Shown here one piece after another: positions 1 to 9,990 of a stretch of 64,000 nucleotides of DNA; the stretch's first letter is position 1; each line of letters starts with the position of its first letter. Made by a program: the position numbers and the translations under genes. Under the pieces are notes generated by a model. That model made no database searches and was not told the origin of the DNA. It saw only the letters and a program-made list of their open reading frames with translations. This DNA is from an uncultured Bacilli bacterium (GTDB taxonomy: Bacteria; Bacillota_I; Bacilli_A; RF39; UBA660), in NCBI GenBank assembly GCA_934096275.1, contig CAKOLK010000001.1, positions 79,876-143,875 of the forward strand, given 5' to 3'.

Positions 1-957
1 ATCTAAATATATTTTTATATCCTTATTATCATTATTTATATTAATAGTAAAATTAATCCTATTTAACTCATCATCACTAAGTGGATATATAAAATCATTT
101 TTAATATATAACTTATTATCCCTATATTTAGAATTAAAATCATCTTTATCTATTAATTTTACATTTTTATAGTTATTAAATATCTCATCATATAAACCTA
201 TATGAGTATCATAATCATATTTATTATTTACTGATGCAATAACTACATTTAAATCATTATTACTAGCACTTGAAACTACTAATCTACCAGCATCTGGTGT
301 ATACCCTGTCTTACATCCTGTTTGTTTATCATACATATTTATAAACTTACATCTATTATACCAATCATAAGTTTTATTAGTACTTTTAGTAACATAATGA
401 TTAGTTTTTATTATTTCTTTAAATAAATCATTTTTATATGAGTATGCATAAATATAAGCAAGATCTTTCATTGTTGAATAGTTTTTACTCTCATCATCTA
501 ACCCAGTAGGGTTTTGATAAGTAGTATTTTTTAAACCTAGTAGTTTTGCTTTTTCATTCATTAATTTTATAAAATTAGATTGTCCTCCGAGGTGTTCTGC
601 GATTGCAGTTGCAGAATCATTTCCACTTCTTAAAAGAAGTCCATATAAAAGATCAAGCATTAAAATACTTTCATTAGGCTCAATATATGTATTAGAACCA
701 TACATTTTAAGGATTTCACTATTTACTTTAACAACATCAGTAGGATTAGAGTTTTCTATTGCTACGATTGCAGTCATTATCTTTGTAGTTGATGCAATTA
801 ATCTTTTATCATCAGGGTTTTTGCTATAAAACTCTCTATGTGATTCTATATCCATTGCATATAAAGACTCAGAGTCAATTGATACTGCATTAACACTAAA
901 AGGAATTAATAAAAAGATAAATAGTATTATTAAAAATAATCTTTTCAAAAGTATCAC
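1..957 (-). CDS. D-alanyl-D-alanine carboxypeptidase (S11/PBP5 type); the 3' end runs off the left window edge
   Basis: My own minus-strand translation, not in the ORF track because it is edge-truncated. Signal peptide, then SxxK (IASTTKIM), SxN (LRSGNDS) and KTG (CKTGYT). There is no ATG; the start is GTG or TTG at about 946-960. Confidence 0.75.
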   Translation of the reverse strand, partial: MILLKRLFLIILFIFLLIPFSVNAVSIDSESLYAMDIESHREFYSKNPDDKRLIASTTKIMTAIVAIENSNPTDVVKVNSEILKMYGSNTYIEPNESILMLDLLYGLLLRSGNDSATAIAEHLGGQSNFIKLMNEKAKLLGLKNTTYQNPTGLDDESKNYSTMKDLAYIYAYSYKNDLFKEIIKTNHYVTKSTNKTYDWYNRCKFINMYDKQTGCKTGYTPDAGRLVVSSASNNDLNVVIASVNNKYDYDTHIGLYDEIFNNYKNVKLIDKDDFNSKYRDNKLYIKNDFIYPLSDDELNRINFTININNDNKDIKIYLD

Positions 958-1027
958 CAATTAATAATATGAAAAATATAAGTAAATATACTTTATCTAT
1001 AAAGAAAAAATAACAAGTATTAACTTG

Positions 1028-2314
1028 CTATTTTAATGGTGTTACTTTTTCTTTACCACCCATATATGGTTGTAATGCTTTTGGTATATTAATTGTACCA
1101 TCTTCATTATAATTATTTTCTATGAAAGCAATTAGTCCTCTTGGTGATGCTAAAACTGTATTATTTAATGTATGAACATAATATGTTCCGTCTTCACCTT
1201 TTGTACGTATTCCAAGTCTTCTTGCTTGAGCGTCTCCAAGTGTTGAACAAGAACCTACTTCAAAATATTTTTGTTGTCTTGGGCTCCATGCTTCAACATC
1301 GCATGATTTAACTTTTAAGTCTGCTAAATCCCCTGAACAACATTCTAGGGTTCTAACAGGTATATCCAGGCTTCTGAAGAATTCTACTGTGTATGACCAC
1401 ATCTTATTATACCAATCCATTGATTCTTCTGGTTTACATAGTACTACCATTTCTTGTTTTTCAAATTGATGAACACGATATACACCACGTTCTTCAATAC
1501 CATGTGCTCCGACTTCTTTTCTAAAACATGGTGAATATGAAGTAAGAGTAATAGGAAGAGTTGCCTCTTTTACTATTTGATCCTTAAATCTACCTATCAT
1601 ACTATGTTCTGAAGTACCAATCAAATATAAATCTTCATTTTCTATTTTATACATCATAGCTTCCATTTCAGTAAAAGACATAACTCCTGTTACAACATCA
1701 CTTCTTATCATAAATGGTGGAATGCAATAAGTAAAACCTTTATCAATCATGAAGTCTCTTGCATATGAAAGCATTGCAGAATGGATTCTAGCAGCATCTC
1801 CCATTAAATAATAGAAACCATTTCCACTAGTTCTACCACTTGATTCTTTATCAAGACCATTTATGCTTTCTAATATATCAGCATGGTATGGTATTTCATA
1901 ACTTGGTACAACTGGTTCACCAAACTTTTCTATTTCAACATTGAAATTGTCATCTTTACCAATTGGTACACTATCATCGATTATATTAGGTATAATCATC
2001 ATTTTTTCTTTTATTTGTTTTTCTAGTTGTTCTTCTTGTTCTTCAAGAATATTCATTTCATCAGAATATTTAGATATTTCTTCTTTTATAGCTTCAGCTT
2101 CTTCTTTTTTACCTTCACGCATAAGATTACCTATTTCTTTAGCTTTTTTATTTTTTAAAGCACGTAAATCATCACCTTTTTTCTTACAATCACGAAAGTT
2201 TTTATCCATTTCATAAATTAGATCTACTACTTCAAGCTTTTCATCTTGAAACTTCTTTTTAATGTTTTCTTTTACTAAGTCTTTGTTATTTCTTATTAAA
2301 TTAATATCTATCAT
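1028..2314 (-). CDS. serS: seryl-tRNA synthetase
   Basis: 428 aa. N-terminal coiled-coil arm and class II core motifs (FRKEVGAHG, GTSEH). A Ser T-box leader lies upstream. Confidence 0.95.
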   Translation of the reverse strand: MIDINLIRNNKDLVKENIKKKFQDEKLEVVDLIYEMDKNFRDCKKKGDDLRALKNKKAKEIGNLMREGKKEEAEAIKEEISKYSDEMNILEEQEEQLEKQIKEKMMIIPNIIDDSVPIGKDDNFNVEIEKFGEPVVPSYEIPYHADILESINGLDKESSGRTSGNGFYYLMGDAARIHSAMLSYARDFMIDKGFTYCIPPFMIRSDVVTGVMSFTEMEAMMYKIENEDLYLIGTSEHSMIGRFKDQIVKEATLPITLTSYSPCFRKEVGAHGIEERGVYRVHQFEKQEMVVLCKPEESMDWYNKMWSYTVEFFRSLDIPVRTLECCSGDLADLKVKSCDVEAWSPRQQKYFEVGSCSTLGDAQARRLGIRTKGEDGTYYVHTLNNTVLASPRGLIAFIENNYNEDGTINIPKALQPYMGGKEKVTPLK

Positions 2315-2324
2315 ATTATCTCTC

Positions 2325-2525
2325 CTTTAAAATAAAAAAGAATGGTAAGGAGTCATAAAGACGGTACCATCCTTTGTTTAACTTAATTTAATAACGGTAT
2401 AAACCGGGAATGATTAATTCCACTTTAAGAGTAGATTCATAAAAGATTACTGAAAGTTTGCAACAACCACTTTCTCTCTGTTAAGTAATTGCTTTTATTA
2501 CTTGTCTCTTAATAAACGCTTTATG
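2325..2525 (-). promoter_or_regulatory. T-box leader (serine specifier) controlling serS
   Basis: On the minus strand: AGAGAG/AGTGG stem I elements and a candidate specifier UCU followed by A (GAAUCUAC, about 2433-2435). The T-box motif GGATGGTACCG is the reverse complement of 2361-2372. A terminator hairpin plus T-run follows, just before the serS RBS. Confidence 0.8.
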
Positions 2526-2602
2526 TATTAATTTTAGCAAATATTAATTATTTTGTAAATAGTTTTTTAATATTTGATATATCATATTGTATTTAATTTA
2601 TA

Positions 2603-3064
2603 CTATTTTAAAAGTAACATAATCAAATTACCAAGTATTAAAGTAAAACTAAAACTAGATAAATATAAGTTTTTTGTATATTTAAATATTTTTTCTTTTT
2701 CTCTTATTATATTTTTTATATTAATGATTATTGTCACTAGTAAGTATAATAATATTATGATGATTCCTAATATGTAGGATATGTCTAATATCTTAATACT
2801 TTTTATATTAGTATATACTGATAAGAACATTAATAGTACTAAAAATATTATAAATATTACTTTTACTACCCTATTCTTTGATTTTGGAATATGTACTTCT
2901 TTTATATACTTTATCATTAACTCAAAACAAGTAATAAATAAAATTATTGCTATTAGAATATTACTTATATTGTTAACTCTATTTACTTCATATGTTAAGA
3001 GTCCTAATGAAAGGATAATTAATAATATATCTAATAAAACTCTTTTATATTTTTCTAATTTCAT
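2603..3064 (-). CDS. small polytopic membrane protein, function unknown
   Basis: 153 aa with four or more hydrophobic segments. No recognisable motif. Confidence 0.5.
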   Translation of the reverse strand: MKLEKYKRVLLDILLIILSLGLLTYEVNRVNNISNILIAIILFITCFELMIKYIKEVHIPKSKNRVVKVIFIIFLVLLMFLSVYTNIKSIKILDISYILGIIIILLYLLVTIIINIKNIIREKEKIFKYTKNLYLSSFSFTLILGNLIMLLLK

Positions 3065-3726
3065 TTAAATATTTCCTCCTTTGGCATGTATTCAAATATT
3101 AATTTTTCCTTTGTTACTGGGTGATAAAACTCTAGATGATAAGCAAAAAGTGCAAGTTGTTTTCTATCTTGCCTACCATATCTTTGATCTCCATATAAAG
3201 GATGTCCAATATTACTAAATTGAACCCTTATTTGATGATGTCTTCCTGTATATAAAGTTATATCAAGTATTGATAAATTATCTTTTTCTTTTAATACTTT
3301 ATAATCTAACTTAGCATATTTTCCTTCTTCTTTTGTAGTAACAACTGAAGAATTATCATCTGTTTTTTTGATATAATCTTCAAGAGTCCCTTCTTTTTTA
3401 GTAAAAGTTCCATGAACTACTGCCAGATACTTTTTAGTAAACTTATCATCTTTTATTTGCTTTGAAAGTCTTGATGCCGCTTTTGAAGTCTTTGCAAATA
3501 CCATTATTCCCCCAGTTGGTCTATCTAGTCTATGAACTAGTCCTAAATAAACATTACCAGGTTTATTATATTTTTCTTTTATATAATTCTTTATTATAGT
3601 CAACATATCTAAATCATTAGTATTATCACTTTGAGATAGAATATTATATGGTTTTATTACCACAATTACATGATTATCTTCATATAAAATATTTAAATTA
3701 TTTTTCATATCTTGCACATACTCCAC
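3061..3726 (-). CDS. RluA-family pseudouridine synthase
   Basis: HRLDRPTGG catalytic motif and YHQIRVQ-like segment (RHHQIRVQF). The start may be the internal Met at 3708. Confidence 0.85.
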   Translation of the reverse strand: MEYVQDMKNNLNILYEDNHVIVVIKPYNILSQSDNTNDLDMLTIIKNYIKEKYNKPGNVYLGLVHRLDRPTGGIMVFAKTSKAASRLSKQIKDDKFTKKYLAVVHGTFTKKEGTLEDYIKKTDDNSSVVTTKEEGKYAKLDYKVLKEKDNLSILDITLYTGRHHQIRVQFSNIGHPLYGDQRYGRQDRKQLALFAYHLEFYHPVTKEKLIFEYMPKEEIFK

Positions 3727-4564
3727 AAGGTAGCACTAATCCATTTTTTGATTTTATTCCTAACTCTTCATAATATATTTTACCAGTATAAATACTTCCT
3801 ACAGTTAGTTTTAAAATATTTTCCATTACTATACCAGACAAATTAGCAGTATAAGAATTAATTATAAAGAATAATGGATCATCACTTAATATCTCTGTAC
3901 ATAATTCTACTAGATTGTATAAATCTTTTTCAATATCCCATACTTCATTATTTGAGCCTCTTCCATATGATGGAGGATCCATTATTATAGCATCGTATTT
4001 ATTACCCCTTCGTATTTCTCTTTTTACAAATTTCACTACATCATCCACTAAAAAACGAACTGGTCTATCTTCAAGATTAGAACTTTTTACATTTTCTTTA
4101 GCCCAATCTACCATGCCACGTGATGAATCAACATGAACAACACTTGCTCCAGCACTTAAGCATGCAACGGTTGCACAACCGGTGTATGCAAAAAGATTTA
4201 ATACTTTTATATCACGTTTTGATTCTTTAATCTTTTTAATCATAAAATCCCAATTAATACTTTGTTCAGGAAATATTCCAGTATGTTTAAAACCCATTAA
4301 TTTTACATTAAACGTTAAATTATTATAGTTAACAGTCCATCTATCAGGTAACTTTTTATAAGTTTCCCAATATCCACCACCTTTATTACTACGATGGTAA
4401 TGAGCATGTGCTAATGACTTATTAAGTTTATCTTTCCATATTATTTCAGGATCTGGTCTTAACAAATAATAATTTCCCCATTTTTCTAGTTTTTCTCCAT
4501 CACTCATTGAGATTATTTCATAATCTTTAAAATTGTTTACTACTAACACAAATATCACCACCAA
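3698..4564 (-). CDS. class I SAM-dependent (rRNA-type, RlmI/YwbD-like) methyltransferase
   Basis: SAM-binding stretch LNLFAYTGCATVACLSAGA..VVHVDSS and the IIMDPPSYGR motif. Confidence 0.75.
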   Translation of the reverse strand: MVVIFVLVVNNFKDYEIISMSDGEKLEKWGNYYLLRPDPEIIWKDKLNKSLAHAHYHRSNKGGGYWETYKKLPDRWTVNYNNLTFNVKLMGFKHTGIFPEQSINWDFMIKKIKESKRDIKVLNLFAYTGCATVACLSAGASVVHVDSSRGMVDWAKENVKSSNLEDRPVRFLVDDVVKFVKREIRRGNKYDAIIMDPPSYGRGSNNEVWDIEKDLYNLVELCTEILSDDPLFFIINSYTANLSGIVMENILKLTVGSIYTGKIYYEELGIKSKNGLVLPCGVCARYEK

Positions 4565-4618
4565 AAGTATAGCATAAATAAAGTTCTTTGTAAAATGTTA
4601 CAATAACAAAAAAAGGAA

Positions 4619-5080
4619 TTACTTTTCTCTTCTTCTACACAAATGTTTTTCATAGTCTGTTATATATAAAACATGTGTTGACATAATTGGTTGATCAAAC
4701 CAAGATACACCTTCGAACATTATTCCATCAATGACTTCTACTGGGAATGAATCTGGTATAAATGCAAACTCATATTCAGGATACATTGCTTGTTTTTCAG
4801 CAAGTACTTTTTTCATTGTTTCTTTTTGTTCTTCTTCTGAACCATCAAATATATATGCATCTAGTACTGCACCATTTTCATTAACAAAAATATCATGCAC
4901 ATTATCCACTTTAAAATAACTTGGAACAAACTCAGTAATAGGCTTTGTAATATAAACATTCTCTGGTCCAATTTCATCCTTTGATGCACAAGCATATAAA
5001 AACTCTTGTCTAGTTGATAAAACTCCTTTCAAAAGATTGCTACTGTATTTTGGTATACACTTAACATCATCATAACTCAT
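4619..5080 (-). CDS. hypothetical cytoplasmic protein
   Basis: 153 aa ORF with no recognisable motif. Confidence 0.4.
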   Translation of the reverse strand: MSYDDVKCIPKYSSNLLKGVLSTRQEFLYACASKDEIGPENVYITKPITEFVPSYFKVDNVHDIFVNENGAVLDAYIFDGSEEEQKETMKKVLAEKQAMYPEYEFAFIPDSFPVEVIDGIMFEGVSWFDQPIMSTHVLYITDYEKHLCRRREK

Positions 5081-5181
5081 ACTATTTCTCTTAAATTTAT
5101 GAGTACAAGATAATAACGCATTCTTTCATTTTTGTTAATATTTAATTATTTTACAATCATTAAAAAGATTTTATTACACAC

Positions 5182-5208
5182 AAAAAGCAATCAATACGAT
5201 TGCTTTTT
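5182..5208 (-). terminator. rho-independent terminator (bidirectional shape) downstream of the infB-rbfA operon
   Basis: Perfect 11 bp stem AAAAAGCAATC/GATTGCTTTTT with a 5 nt loop, flanked by A and T runs. Confidence 0.6.
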
Positions 5209-5461
5209 GCATAGTCTTTTTTATCTACTTGCCTAATATTAATAAAAAAGATTTTAATAATCTTGAAGATTATGAAAAGTTATTATTAATATGTTAAGCT
5301 AAGATGATAAGATAATAAAGATTTACATCAAGGACTCTAAAAAAGCAAGTGAGCAAGACGAAGTAATTGGAATGTACTTTCTTCACTTGCACATACATAA
5401 TATCATAGATATAGTATCTTGTCAAATAATTTATAGTATTTTTTTCAAAAGAAAAATGATC

Positions 5462-5815
5462 TTATTTCATATCATTTTCTTTTTCTTTTATTTCTTTAAT
5501 TTTTTCTTCAATCATGTTTCCATATTCAATAGAATTATCATAATGAAAACTTATTTGAGGCATTTTTCTAATTTGTATTCTTTTTGAAAGTTCTATCTCA
5601 ATAAAGTTAGCAGCTTTATTTAATGCTTTAAGTGTTTCTTCTTTAAACTCAGGTTTTAAAGTTGTAAAATATACTTTAGCATAAGATAGGTCATTTGTAA
5701 TATCACAACCAGTTAGAGTAACAAACTTTATATTAGGATCTTTTACTTCTTCCATAATGATATAACTAATTTCTTTAGTAAATAAACTATCTAGTCTTTT
5801 AACTCTTACACTCAT
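5462..5815 (-). CDS. rbfA: ribosome-binding factor A
   Basis: 117 aa. Sits directly after infB (4 nt overlap) and has the typical RbfA N-terminus (RVKRLDSLFTKEIS). Confidence 0.9.
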   Translation of the reverse strand: MSVRVKRLDSLFTKEISYIIMEEVKDPNIKFVTLTGCDITNDLSYAKVYFTTLKPEFKEETLKALNKAANFIEIELSKRIQIRKMPQISFHYDNSIEYGNMIEEKIKEIKEKENDMK

Positions 5816-7923
5816 CTTTTAATTTCCTCCACAACATATGCTTCGATAATATCATTTTCTTTTATATCACTAAAGTTTTCTATAGTTATACCACATTCAA
5901 TACCCTTTTTAACTTCGTTTACTCTATCTTTTCCTCTTTGAAGTGATGCTATATTTCCATCATATACAACAATACCATCTCTTACTACTCTTGCTTTTGA
6001 ATTTTGCTTAATAATACCATCTTGAACAAATGATCCAGCGATTGTACCAACTTTTGAGAACTTAAATAATTGTCTTACTTCAACAGTACCAATAACTTTT
6101 TCTTCATATTCTGGATCTAACATACCAAGCATTGCGTCTTCTAATTCCTCAATTATTTTATAAATTACATTATGTAATCTAATATCAGCATTATATTCTT
6201 TTGCAATTTCCATTATTTTATTACTTGGTCTAACATTAAACCCAATTATAATAGCATTAGAGGCATTGGCAAGTACTATATCACTTTCTGTAATAGTTCC
6301 TATTCCACTTCTTATAACATCTACTGTTACACCTTCAACATTAATTTTAGAAAGTGATTGTTTAATAGCTTCTTCAGAACCTTTTACATCTGTTTTTAAA
6401 ACAACATTAATACTTTTTGCTCCCTCTTTTACTTTACTAAATAAGTCTTCAAGAGTCATACCTGAACGATTAGTATTTGCTTCTTTACTTCTTAATTTTC
6501 TTTCATCTGCTATTTTCTTAGCTTCTTTTTCTGTTTCAAATGCCATGAAACGATCTCCTGCAACTGGAGGTTCATTAAGTCCAGTTATTTCTACTGGTGT
6601 AGATGGAAGAGCTTCAATAATATCTTGTCCTTTATCATTTTTTAAAGTTCTAATCTTACCATATACATTTCCCACTACTACAGGATCTCCCAATCTTAAA
6701 GTACCATTTTGTATTAATATTGTAGTAACAGAACCAATATTTTTATCTAATTTAGACTCAATAACTGAACCAGTAGCATATCTATTAGGATTAGCTTTCA
6801 ATTCACTCATATCTGCAATTAATAGAATGTTTTCTAATAATTCGTCAAGTCCCATTTTTGTCTTAGCACTTATTCTATTTACTAATGTATCTCCACCCCA
6901 TTCTTCAGGAGTAAGACCACATTCAGATAATTCTTGTAATACTCTATCAGGATTTGCATTAGGTAAATCCATTTTATTTATAGCTACAATTATTGGTACT
7001 TTAGCAGCTTTTGCATGATCAATTGCTTCTTTTGTTTGAGGTTTTACCCCATCTTCAGCAGAAACAATTATAATTACGATATCTGTAACACTAGCACCAC
7101 GAGCTCTCATTTGAGTAAACGCTTCATGCCCTGGAGTATCTATAAAAGTAATTAGTCTATCATTTACTTTTACTTGATAAGCACCAATATGTTGAGTAAT
7201 TCCTCCAGCTTCTTTATCCACTACATGTGCATTTCTAATGGCATCAAGTAATGAAGTTTTACCATGATCAACATGGCCCATTATTGTAACTACTGGTGGA
7301 CGTGCTATTAAATCTTCTTCTTTATCAATTATTTCATATTCTTCAAAATTTGCTATATCTCTTGTTTCTTCTTTTTTTAATTCCTTTCCATAATCTAGAA
7401 CAATTACTTCAGCAGTAGAAAAATCTAAGCTTTGATTAAGAGTTGTTAAGACTCCTAAATCAAATAGTTTTTTTACTAATTCTGATGCACTTACTTTTAA
7501 TTCATCAGCAAGATCTTTTACAGTCATATTATTCTTATAAAGAATTACTGAGTCATCATCATTTTCATTACTAGCTAATTTTTCTTTATGTTTATAAATA
7601 TTCTTTTTAGCTTTAAGATACTTAGAATTATCATCTTTTTTAATTGGTGTATCTTTCTTTTTCATTTTTACTACTGATTTGTCTTCAATAGTATTTATTC
7701 TTAGATCTTTTTCTAATTCATCATCATCTAGAATTTCTTCAATTACTTCTTCAAATTCTTCGATATCTTCATCAACAGATATTTCATTGTCTAAAAGAAT
7801 AATATCATCTTCAGATAACATGTCATCTTCGTTATTACAATTAATATCTAATTTTTTACATAATTTCAATATTTCTTCAACTGTTTTATTTACGTCTGTT
7901 GCATATTCTAAAACACTCATCAT
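5812..7923 (-). CDS. infB: translation initiation factor IF-2
   Basis: GTPase motifs GHVDHGKT, DTPGH and NKMD. Acidic/lysine-rich N-terminal extension. Confidence 0.97.
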   Translation of the reverse strand: MMSVLEYATDVNKTVEEILKLCKKLDINCNNEDDMLSEDDIILLDNEISVDEDIEEFEEVIEEILDDDELEKDLRINTIEDKSVVKMKKKDTPIKKDDNSKYLKAKKNIYKHKEKLASNENDDDSVILYKNNMTVKDLADELKVSASELVKKLFDLGVLTTLNQSLDFSTAEVIVLDYGKELKKEETRDIANFEEYEIIDKEEDLIARPPVVTIMGHVDHGKTSLLDAIRNAHVVDKEAGGITQHIGAYQVKVNDRLITFIDTPGHEAFTQMRARGASVTDIVIIIVSAEDGVKPQTKEAIDHAKAAKVPIIVAINKMDLPNANPDRVLQELSECGLTPEEWGGDTLVNRISAKTKMGLDELLENILLIADMSELKANPNRYATGSVIESKLDKNIGSVTTILIQNGTLRLGDPVVVGNVYGKIRTLKNDKGQDIIEALPSTPVEITGLNEPPVAGDRFMAFETEKEAKKIADERKLRSKEANTNRSGMTLEDLFSKVKEGAKSINVVLKTDVKGSEEAIKQSLSKINVEGVTVDVIRSGIGTITESDIVLANASNAIIIGFNVRPSNKIMEIAKEYNADIRLHNVIYKIIEELEDAMLGMLDPEYEEKVIGTVEVRQLFKFSKVGTIAGSFVQDGIIKQNSKARVVRDGIVVYDGNIASLQRGKDRVNEVKKGIECGITIENFSDIKENDIIEAYVVEEIKR

Positions 7924-7966
7924 ATTATCACCTCATTTATTTATTTTTAATGGGTTAATAGCAAAT

Positions 7967-8356
7967 TTATCTTCTTCTTTTCTTAGAGTTTTCTATTTTT
8001 GAAAATTCATACGCTAATCTAAACCTATCACTGTTTGATGGAAGAGCAAATACTTTGCAATCTTCAAGTGACTTAACTTTATCCTTAAACTCTTTTAAAG
8101 TCTTTTTATTATCAAGTTTATTTATAACTTCTAAATCATTATTAGATAGTATAGATAACACTGTCTCTTCATTATATCTATAAGAACTCATTACTCTTTC
8201 TATACTTTTAGAATCGATATTTTCAATATACCTATTATAATTATAAGTATTATCATTAACATCAGCAAACACATGTATCTTTTTAAACTTATGTGTTTTT
8301 AGTTTTTTACTTTTTAAATGATAATTGTATATTTTTAAATTTTCAATTCTTTTCAT
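7967..8356 (-). CDS. hypothetical protein at the position normally held by the L7Ae-like ylxQ
   Basis: 129 aa between ylxR and infB. I see no L7Ae-like sequence. Confidence 0.4.
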   Translation of the reverse strand: MKRIENLKIYNYHLKSKKLKTHKFKKIHVFADVNDNTYNYNRYIENIDSKSIERVMSSYRYNEETVLSILSNNDLEVINKLDNKKTLKEFKDKVKSLEDCKVFALPSNSDRFRLAYEFSKIENSKKRRR

Positions 8357-8358
8357 AA

Positions 8359-8631
8359 TTATTCCCCCACGATTTTTATAAGTTCATCATATATAGTATC
8401 AGGTATTGTAGTTTCTAGATGTCTTTCTAATTTCTTAGATTTTCTAGCTAGATTGATTACCTCGATATCTTTTTTTAGGTACGCTCCTCTTCCATTTGCT
8501 TTACCAGTTATATCAATTATAATTTCTTTATCTGGTGTTCTAACTACTCTTATTAGTTCTTTTTTAGGATATTTTTCTTGTGTAATAACACAAGTACGCA
8601 TTGGTATTTTCTTTACCTTCATCTTATTCAC
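8359..8631 (-). CDS. ylxR: YlxR/RnpM-family RNA-binding protein (DUF448)
   Basis: RTCVITQEKYPKKELIRVV motif. Sits directly after nusA. Confidence 0.85.
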   Translation of the reverse strand: MNKMKVKKIPMRTCVITQEKYPKKELIRVVRTPDKEIIIDITGKANGRGAYLKKDIEVINLARKSKKLERHLETTIPDTIYDELIKIVGE

Positions 8632-9693
8632 CTACTTTAAAACTATGCCCATTTCCTTAACTTGTTCACTATTTTTTACATCTATCTTATATTTAGTAAG
8701 ACGTGATGCAAGTTTTACATTTTGTCCTTTTTTACCAAGAGCAAGTGAGAAATCATCTCCATCTGCGATTGCTAAAGCTTCTTGTTTTTTAGGATCTAGT
8801 ATAAATACTGATAAGTTCTTCGCAGGACTTAATGCATTTTTAATAAATTCTTCCTTATCTGTTGAATATCTTATTATATCAAGTTTTTCTCCAGATAATT
8901 CTTTCATTATTCTAGCTATTCTAGAACCTTTTTCACCAACACAGCAACCAATTGGATCAATATTAGCATACTCAGAATATACTGCTACTTTACTACGTGA
9001 ACCTGCATCTCTTGCAACTGCATAAATCATAACAGATCCATCAGCAAGTTCTGGTATTTCAAGTTCAAATAATCTCTTAACAAAATTATAATGCTTTCTA
9101 GATAGTAAAATAACTGTTCCTTTAGGATTACTATTCACTTTAGTAACATAACATTTAACTGAAGAACCCATTTCTATTTTTTCGTCTCCGATTAATTCGG
9201 TTTTAGGAAGAATACCATTAGTTCTACCAAGATCAATATAGTAATTTCCTTCGTCTTCAAGCGATACTATTCCTGAGACTAATTCTCCTTGTTTGCTTTC
9301 AAACTCTTCGATTAAGCTATTTCTTTCTGCCTCTCTTATTTTTTGGACTACTACTTGTTTTGCAGTAGCAGCAGCAACACGACCAAAGTTATCTGGTGTT
9401 ACTTCTGTATCAAAAGTATCTCCGATTTCCTTAGTTTTATCCCTTTTTAGAGCATCCTCTAAAGATATTTGTGTATCAGGATCTTCTACTTCTTCTACTA
9501 CTGTGATGTAAGAATATATTTTTATATCACCAGTTTCTCTATTAATTGTTACTTTTGCATTTGTTTTAGAATCAAAGTTCTTTTTATAAGCAGAAAGTAA
9601 TGCAAGTTCCATTGCTTCGAATATGATATCACGATCAATGTGCTTTTCTTTTTCTAATAGATCTACTGCTCTTAAAAATTCTTCTCCTTTCAT
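8632..9693 (-). CDS. nusA: transcription termination/antitermination factor NusA
   Basis: S1 and KH domains. I place the start at Met 9693 (MKGEEFLRAV), preceded by an AAGGAGG RBS, rather than at the ORF-track start 9765. Confidence 0.93.
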   Translation of the reverse strand: MKGEEFLRAVDLLEKEKHIDRDIIFEAMELALLSAYKKNFDSKTNAKVTINRETGDIKIYSYITVVEEVEDPDTQISLEDALKRDKTKEIGDTFDTEVTPDNFGRVAAATAKQVVVQKIREAERNSLIEEFESKQGELVSGIVSLEDEGNYYIDLGRTNGILPKTELIGDEKIEMGSSVKCYVTKVNSNPKGTVILLSRKHYNFVKRLFELEIPELADGSVMIYAVARDAGSRSKVAVYSEYANIDPIGCCVGEKGSRIARIMKELSGEKLDIIRYSTDKEEFIKNALSPAKNLSVFILDPKKQEALAIADGDDFSLALGKKGQNVKLASRLTKYKIDVKNSEQVKEMGIVLK

Positions 9694-9694
9694 T

Positions 9695-9928
9695 TTAATT
9701 ACCTCCTTTTTCTTTTGATGATACATCAAGCAAATATTTTTCTTTAATGAAATCATTTTCATCAAGTACTTTATTAATCACTTTTGTAGCTTCGACTATT
9801 CTATCAATATTAATAATTTCATCACTATCTAAAGTAATATAAAGTGTTTTTTTAGAATACTTGATATCATCAATCCACATATTTAATTTTCTAAGTGGAG
9901 TTTCTAATGCTTTCTTAATATTTTCCAT
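9695..9928 (-). CDS. rimP: short RimP-like ribosome maturation factor (N-terminal domain only)
   Basis: Starts at MENIKK after a GGAGG RBS. Has the YLLDVSS motif. It stops 2 nt before the nusA start, giving about 77 aa against about 155 aa for a usual RimP. Confidence 0.6.
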   Translation of the reverse strand: MENIKKALETPLRKLNMWIDDIKYSKKTLYITLDSDEIINIDRIVEATKVINKVLDENDFIKEKYLLDVSSKEKGGN

Positions 9929-9950
9929 AATACCTCCAAAATGAAACAAA

Positions 9951-9969
9951 AAGTGGGAGATTCCCACTT
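9951..9969 (-). terminator. leader terminator/attenuator between the promoter and rimP-nusA
   Basis: 8 bp stem AAGTGGGA/TCCCACTT with a 3 nt loop, then TTTTTGTTT on the minus strand. It lies between an extended -10 promoter and the rimP RBS. Confidence 0.55.
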
Positions 9970-9981
9970 CGTTGTAAGTTA

Positions 9982-9990
9982 ATTATACCA
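9982..9990 (-). promoter_or_regulatory. extended -10 promoter (TGgTATAAT) for rimP-nusA-infB
   Basis: The reverse complement of 9981-9990 reads TGGTATAATT. It lies about 55 nt upstream of the rimP start. Confidence 0.5.

Noticed and set aside
5215-5461. Possible tiny RNA after rbfA (TTGACA-17-TATTAT on the minus strand, then an 8 bp stem GCAAGTGA/TCACTTGC with about a 30 nt loop and T6)
   Set aside because: The hairpin may simply be the rbfA terminator, and a promoter match is easy to find by chance in AT-rich DNA. The evidence is too weak to annotate.
6266-7018. 250 aa plus-strand ORF inside infB
   Set aside because: It is antisense to a clearly conserved gene. The product is S/L/I/F-rich low complexity, typical of the reverse frame of AT-rich coding DNA. 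There is no RBS.
8453-9025. 190 aa plus-strand ORF across ylxR/nusA
   Set aside because: It is antisense to two conserved genes, has the same compositional artefact, and spans a gene boundary.
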